From: Fonticula alba ATCC 38817
Lineage: Eukaryota > Protista > Nucleariida
Direction: 5' to 3' (one strand)
Assembly (NCBI GenBank): GCA_000388065.2
Contig: KB932213.1
Length of the DNA: 64,000 bases
Positions 59,389-64,000 of this stretch are shown here, one piece after another. The notes under the pieces are model-generated. The model ran no database searches, was not told the origin of the DNA, and saw nothing but the letters and a program-made list of their open reading frames with translations. The position numbers and the translations under genes were made by a program. Every line of letters starts with the position of its first letter. The first letter of the stretch is position 1.

Positions 59389-61137
59389 ATGTCCCAGGGC
59401 AATCCCACTCCCCCGGCGGACTTCCCGCCGGCCACGACGCCGGCCGTCGGGGCTGGGGCCTCGGCTGCCCCGGCCTCCAGCAGCGGGCTATCTTTCCGCG
59501 CGCTCTCGCAGTTTGTTTCGTCGGTCAGCCGGTGCGCCGGGCCTTCGCCTCCCTCTTTCCTGCTGCTGCAGCCCGGACTCACCTCCTCCCCCTGCCCCCT
59601 TTTCTGTTGTTGGCTAGCTCTGTGGCCGTGGGTGCCGCGGCTGGCGCGGCCGTGCCGCCGCCGTCACAGCCAGCCGCTGCCACCCCGCCGGCGCCCGGCA
59701 CCGCGCCCGGCACCGCCCCGGCACCGGTCGGCGCCAACACCCCGCCGGCCGACTCGGACTTCCTCTCCTGGGGCAGCTTCGCCAAGCAGCGGTACCGACC
59801 TCCCTATGCGCATTTCCCGGCCGCCACACCTCGGAGGCCGCATCTGCCGCCGCGACCCTCTTCCCTTTTCCTTTTGATGGTCTGACCTCCTTGCCCGCCG
59901 TGCCTTCAGGTTGCGCAGCATTGTCGCCGGTGTCGACAGCTTCGTGGTCACCTTGGCATCTGACCCGATCAAGAGGTACCGTCAATGGCGCGGCCGCTCC
60001 GCCCCCGGGGCCATGCGCCGCGGCCTGCCCCCACTCTCTGCCTTCAGCTGACCCCGTCGCATTGTCCCCGTCTGCCCCCCTGCCCCGGGCTCCTGGGGCG
60101 CCTGTCGTCGGCCATCGCGCGGCCGCCCGTAGCAAGCCCGTCCGTCCGGAGATCGACTTGGCCGCCGGCCATCGCATTCTCGATCACTATGAGGCAGTTT
60201 GGGAGATCCTGATGCGGGCGAACCTGGACATCGAGACCAAGCTGAAGCAATGCACGCAGCTGTCGCACCAGGCGCGCAGCCTGGTGGCCGACCACAATGC
60301 CGGCATCGAGCACTTGGCTCGCGTGGCCGAGACCAGCGTGCCTCTCATCCAGAAGGCCCTCAATGAGTGTGCCAGCTCGGTCGGTGCGTTTTTGGTGCCT
60401 TCTCTTTTTTTGTCCCCTCCTTGCTGGGGGGGGAGGGGGGGGGACATCCCACGTCACACTTTCCCCTTGGGTCGTGCTCACACGGTTCATCCCCGGGCGA
60501 TCGGACAGAGGCCATTGCCGGGCAGGTGTTCTTCCTGGAGGAGGAGCTGAACCAGCTGGAGGAAATGAAGGCCGACTTCGCCCTGCACAGCTGGATTGCC
60601 AAACGCTCGGAGGAGTGGGAGCTCAACGAAATCCGCATCCTGCGCCAGGAGCGCTCCCGCATTGTGGCCACCCACGAGTCGGCGACCGGGTCCCTGCCCA
60701 AGTCCGGCACCCTGCCGTCGGGTGTCACCCAGTTGTCCAGGGCAGCGCCGGCCGTCGGGACGCCGGCCCCGGCCGGTGGCCCTGGTGTTGGCGCCGCCGC
60801 CGCCGCGCACGAGCCACCCTCCACTGGGCCTGCCACTTCCGACGGGTCTGCCCCTTCTGGCGGGGTCGCCGCTCGCGCTGAGTCTGTCGCCTCTACTGAG
60901 GTCATCATTTCGGGTGAGTCTGCGGTCTCCGATGACGGTGGGCCCCCGGTTGAGGGCTCGGCCGTTCCGGTGGACCACTCCCCGACTTCGGCCGACAAGC
61001 CGGCCGTCTTGCCCGAGGATCCCGATGTCGCCACCGAGGATCCCGATGTCGCCACCGAGGAGCCGGCCGCCCCCTCTGAGCCAACTGCTGAGGGTGATTC
61101 ACCGATCGACGAGGCGTCGAGCGGGGCCTCCCCATAA
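59389..61137 (+). CDS. DTNBP1: Dysbindin-like BLOC-1 subunit (coiled coil plus acidic tail)
   Basis: The spliced product reads RLRSIVAGVDSFVVTLASDPIKSKPVRPEIDLAAGHRILDHYEAVWEILMRAN...VPLIQKALNECASSV.AIAGQVFFLEEELNQLEE. This resembles the dysbindin RLLSVQQDF...SAGLELLSRYEDTWAALH pattern (from memory). The C-terminus is rich in acidic residues, Pro and Ser. Confidence 0.7.
61015..61060 (+). repeat. Coding 21-bp tandem duplication (EDPDVAT x2) in the dysbindin tail
   Basis: GAGGATCCCGATGTCGCCACC occurs at 61015 and 61036. Confidence 0.85.
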
Positions 61138-61346
61138 TGGTCCTGCCACCGAATGCACACCTGAATACTTGTTTCCCGTGGGGCAAACACCGGGTTTGCG
61201 CGGCTCCCATCCCCCCCCCCTTCAACGTCTGTGGAAGGGGGCATCCACAAGTGCACGCACAGACACACGCGAGGCTAGGGAGGAACATTTATTTTCACAA
61301 GGACAGGGACCAAAGGAGGGAGGGGGGTGGCGAGGCCAGGGACAGA

Positions 61347-62764
61347 CTATTTCCCCTTCTTCTTGACGACGCCAACAACAATGGCCGCGATGATGGCCAG
61401 CACAACTAGCACAATCAGAACCAGCACCAGGCGGTCCGTGGCCAGGCGGCTGCGTGCATGGGCGCGTGGGTGTGGAGGGGAGACCACAGATGGGCCGAGG
61501 TTCATGGGTGTCAGCCAATTGACAAGGAGGGGGGGGGGGAAGGGGACATGAGACACATGTGCACGAAACTACGCACCGGATCAAGATGCGGAGCTGCTTC
61601 TCGGCGGTGCGGGCATTGGAGTCGACCTGCTCGATGCCCTGGTGGATCCGCTCAATCTGGTCCGTCTGCTCGTGCAGGGTCTTCGTGGTGTCCGAGGCAA
61701 CCTGTCGGTTGGAGGGAAGGGGCGAGACAAGGGGGGTGACCAGGCGTCCGATGGGTGAGCGGCTTGGAACGAGCGGAATTGGCAGGAACAGACGGAAGGG
61801 GGGGGGGGGAGAGAGGGGCATACCTTGATCGTTTCGTCGATGATGGCCAGACTCCGGCCGGTGGACGCCTTGGACTCGAGCTGGATGGTTTCGGCGGCCT
61901 GGATGATCTGGCGATTGGTCATGCCAACCGGCGCTGCGCATGGACGCCATGCAGAGGGACATGCAGGGCCGTGTCAGCATGCAGGTGCGAGGCAGCCAGA
62001 AGACGGCCCCCGGCCCTGGGGGCGAAGGCCAAGGAACAAAGGGGCGAATGGGGGGGGGGGGGGGGCACAACGCGGCAGGGCAAAGGAGGGCAAGCAAAGG
62101 AGGGTATACGCACCGCCACTGGCGTCGACCTGCTCCTCGGATTGGAAAATCTGCCGAAGCTCATTCAGTCGGCTATCTAGCGAGGTGTGCTTCTCCTCGT
62201 AGCCGCGGTAGGCCTGCGCACAGGCCGTGGAGCAGGGGAGAGGAGGAAATGCGTGAGGAGGGCCGGCGCACACGGGCAGGGCAGGCGAGAGCAGGCCTCG
62301 ACCGAGGTCATGGCCGCGGCACAGGACGCACCACATTGAAGGGATGGGCCTCGAGAGGGCTCAGCAGGGAAAGCTCGATCTGATAGGACTCCAGCAGGTG
62401 CTGAGCTCGCCTCATGCGCCCGAGCAGGTAGTCGATTTTCTGGATCCACGCAGGGGTCAGCAAGGGGGTGTGCCCTGGTCCGCCGGGGGGGGGTGGGGGG
62501 GGGGGGGGGGGGGGGGGGCAGAAGCGCAGGGGGCCTGGCGTACCTCGACACGAGCGCGCCCCTGCAGCGAGGTGATGTCTCGTTGAATGGAGGTCTCGAC
62601 GCGATAGAAGAGCTCGTCGATCTGCTCGCCGTAATCCTTGATGTCCCGCAGATCTGCGCAGGGGCCATGGGCGCCGCGATATGGCCGAGGAAAGGAGAGT
62701 GAGTGTCTGTGCGGGGGAGAGTCATATCCCACGGGGGGGGGGGGGCATCATACGCACGGCTCAT
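61347..62764 (-). CDS. NPSN-like (novel plant SNARE class) Qb-SNARE with a C-terminal TM; about 7 exons
   Basis: Spliced exons read MSHLRDIKDYGEQIDELF..., KIDYLLGRMRRAQHLLESYQIEL, MTNRQIIQAAETIQLESKASTGRSLAIIDETIK, VASDTTKTLHEQTDQIERIHQGIEQVDSNARTAEKQLRILIR and RLATDRLVLVLIVLVVLAIIAAIVVGVVKKKGK*. The ...RxxATD+ motif followed by a TM segment is NPSN-like. Confidence 0.8.
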
Positions 62765-63279
62765 GGTGACAGTGGTGTGGTGCTACACAGCACACGGGGG
62801 ACCTCTCGTCACGGGGATGGGGGCGCGGAGGCCGGGAGAAAAGAGGGCCTGGGCGGGGTGGGCGGGGGAGGGGGAGCGGAGGGGGAGGGGGAGCGGAGGG
62901 GGAGGGGGAGGGGGAGGGAGAGATGGGGAGGCGAGGGCGCCGGAAGAGGTGCAGGAGCCGGGAGAGCGGAGGGGGGCAGTACATGCCGGCTTGGGGCCGG
63001 GCCGGGGCAGGCGGGGCGCCCTTGAGAGAGCCGGCGCGCTGGGCCGCAAGGCGGCGGGGGGGGGGGGGGATGCCAGCCCGGAGAGAAGCCCAGGGCGAGG
63101 CTCCATTCCCAGGGCGGTCAATCAGGCCCCCGACCCCTTCTCTCGTCTTGGCTTGGAACGGAACTGGGCCCGGCCGGGCCGATGCCTTGGCGCGCGCTCA
63201 CGCCCGGCGGCCGGCATTCCGCCCCTGGCTGTCTGCCGCGCAGGGAGAATGCCCCGGGGCCCCCCCCAACGGCCGCACT

Positions 63280-63312
<33 letters not shown>

Positions 63313-63972
63313 GGCGGCCGGCCAGCAAGAGAAGCAGCGGCCGCCGGGGGAAGCGCGAAGCATGCCCGCCGTGCGCCGGGCGCGCGTCGAGCCCCCAGCC
63401 CTCTCCGGTCGAGCGTGTGTGTGTGTGTGTGTCCGCTGGCGGCCGGGAAGAAGATGCACTCCGCCCGGGGGGGGGGGGAGGGGGCGGTCCAACCGGAGCA
63501 AGTGCCATTTACGCGACATTTGCGTAAAATCAAAACATGATGTGCTCGTGATCGCCTGCCGCACATGTGCGGCGGCACCTGGCCCCTTCTCGGAGTAACC
63601 GCTGGGGGCAATCGCCGCAGGCCCCTGTGCCGCGCTGGGCGCTGCCCGGAGGAGGGGACGCGCTCACCCGCCGGCCCCGGGTGCCGGCGCGCAAGCGACT
63701 AGCCCCGGTGTTCCCCGGCAGGACACCGGCGGGCGCGTGCATGGCCTTCGCTCCCTGACGCGCGGGGCCTCCCGGCCTCGAGCAATCAAAGCAGGGCGCG
63801 GCGGCCGGCCAGCCATCCACTCGGCCAGCCATCCTCTCCATTCTCTCCCCCTGCCTCCCCTTCTACACGCCCTCTCTTTCCCTCCTCCCCCCTCCCCCTC
63901 ACACACATACACATACACATCATCTCGCTCTCGCCTCGCCGCTCGTTGTCTCTTCCGTCCCCCGCTGCCAGC

Positions 63973-64000
63973 ATGGATCCCTCGCGGTGCGTGCTTGTCC
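63973..64000 (+). CDS. Probable first mini-exon of the next gene (MDPSR), truncated by the window edge
   Basis: GCCAGCATGG start context is followed by CG|GTGCGT, the commonest donor in this window, downstream of a CT/CA-rich leader like those seen before other starts. Confidence 0.4.

Noticed and set aside
2398-63974. Hundreds of long Arg/Gly/Pro/Ala-rich ORFs on alternative frames and strands
   Set aside because: These are shadow ORFs caused by extreme GC content, few stop codons and N runs. They overlap well-supported spliced genes and show no motifs.

Overview
This is eukaryotic, intron-rich, very GC-rich draft genome sequence with many N gaps. It is not prokaryotic, and I found no rRNA, tRNA, CRISPR array or mobile element. 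The gene content and the Gly/Pro/Ala-inflated proteins suggest a unicellular opisthokont such as Fonticula (inference only). Manual GT-AG splicing gives 14 genes plus the start of a 15th, in this order: IGHMBP2/Hcs1 helicase (-, partial), MFSD6-like transporter (-), soluble adenylyl cyclase ADCY10-like (+), Vam7-like TM-less Qc-SNARE (-), methylmalonyl-CoA epimerase (+), orphan of at least 629 aa (-), SEL1L/Hrd3 (+), TSC1/hamartin (+), FAN1 (+), F-BAR protein with four SH3 domains (-), CYFIP/Sra1 (+), small orphan membrane protein (-), dysbindin-like (+), NPSN-like Qb-SNARE (-), and a probable gene start at 63973. Most ORF-track entries are GC-rich shadow frames. Family calls rest on motifs compared with family sequences recalled from memory, not on database searches. 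I see no clear wholly new multi-gene system. The best leads are the Vam7-like and NPSN-like SNAREs, the four-SH3 F-BAR protein head-to-head with CYFIP, tandem PKA-type sites in the soluble cyclase, the dysbindin homologue, two orphans, and a misplaced or duplicated contig (1-639) that carries the last exon of the MFS gene.
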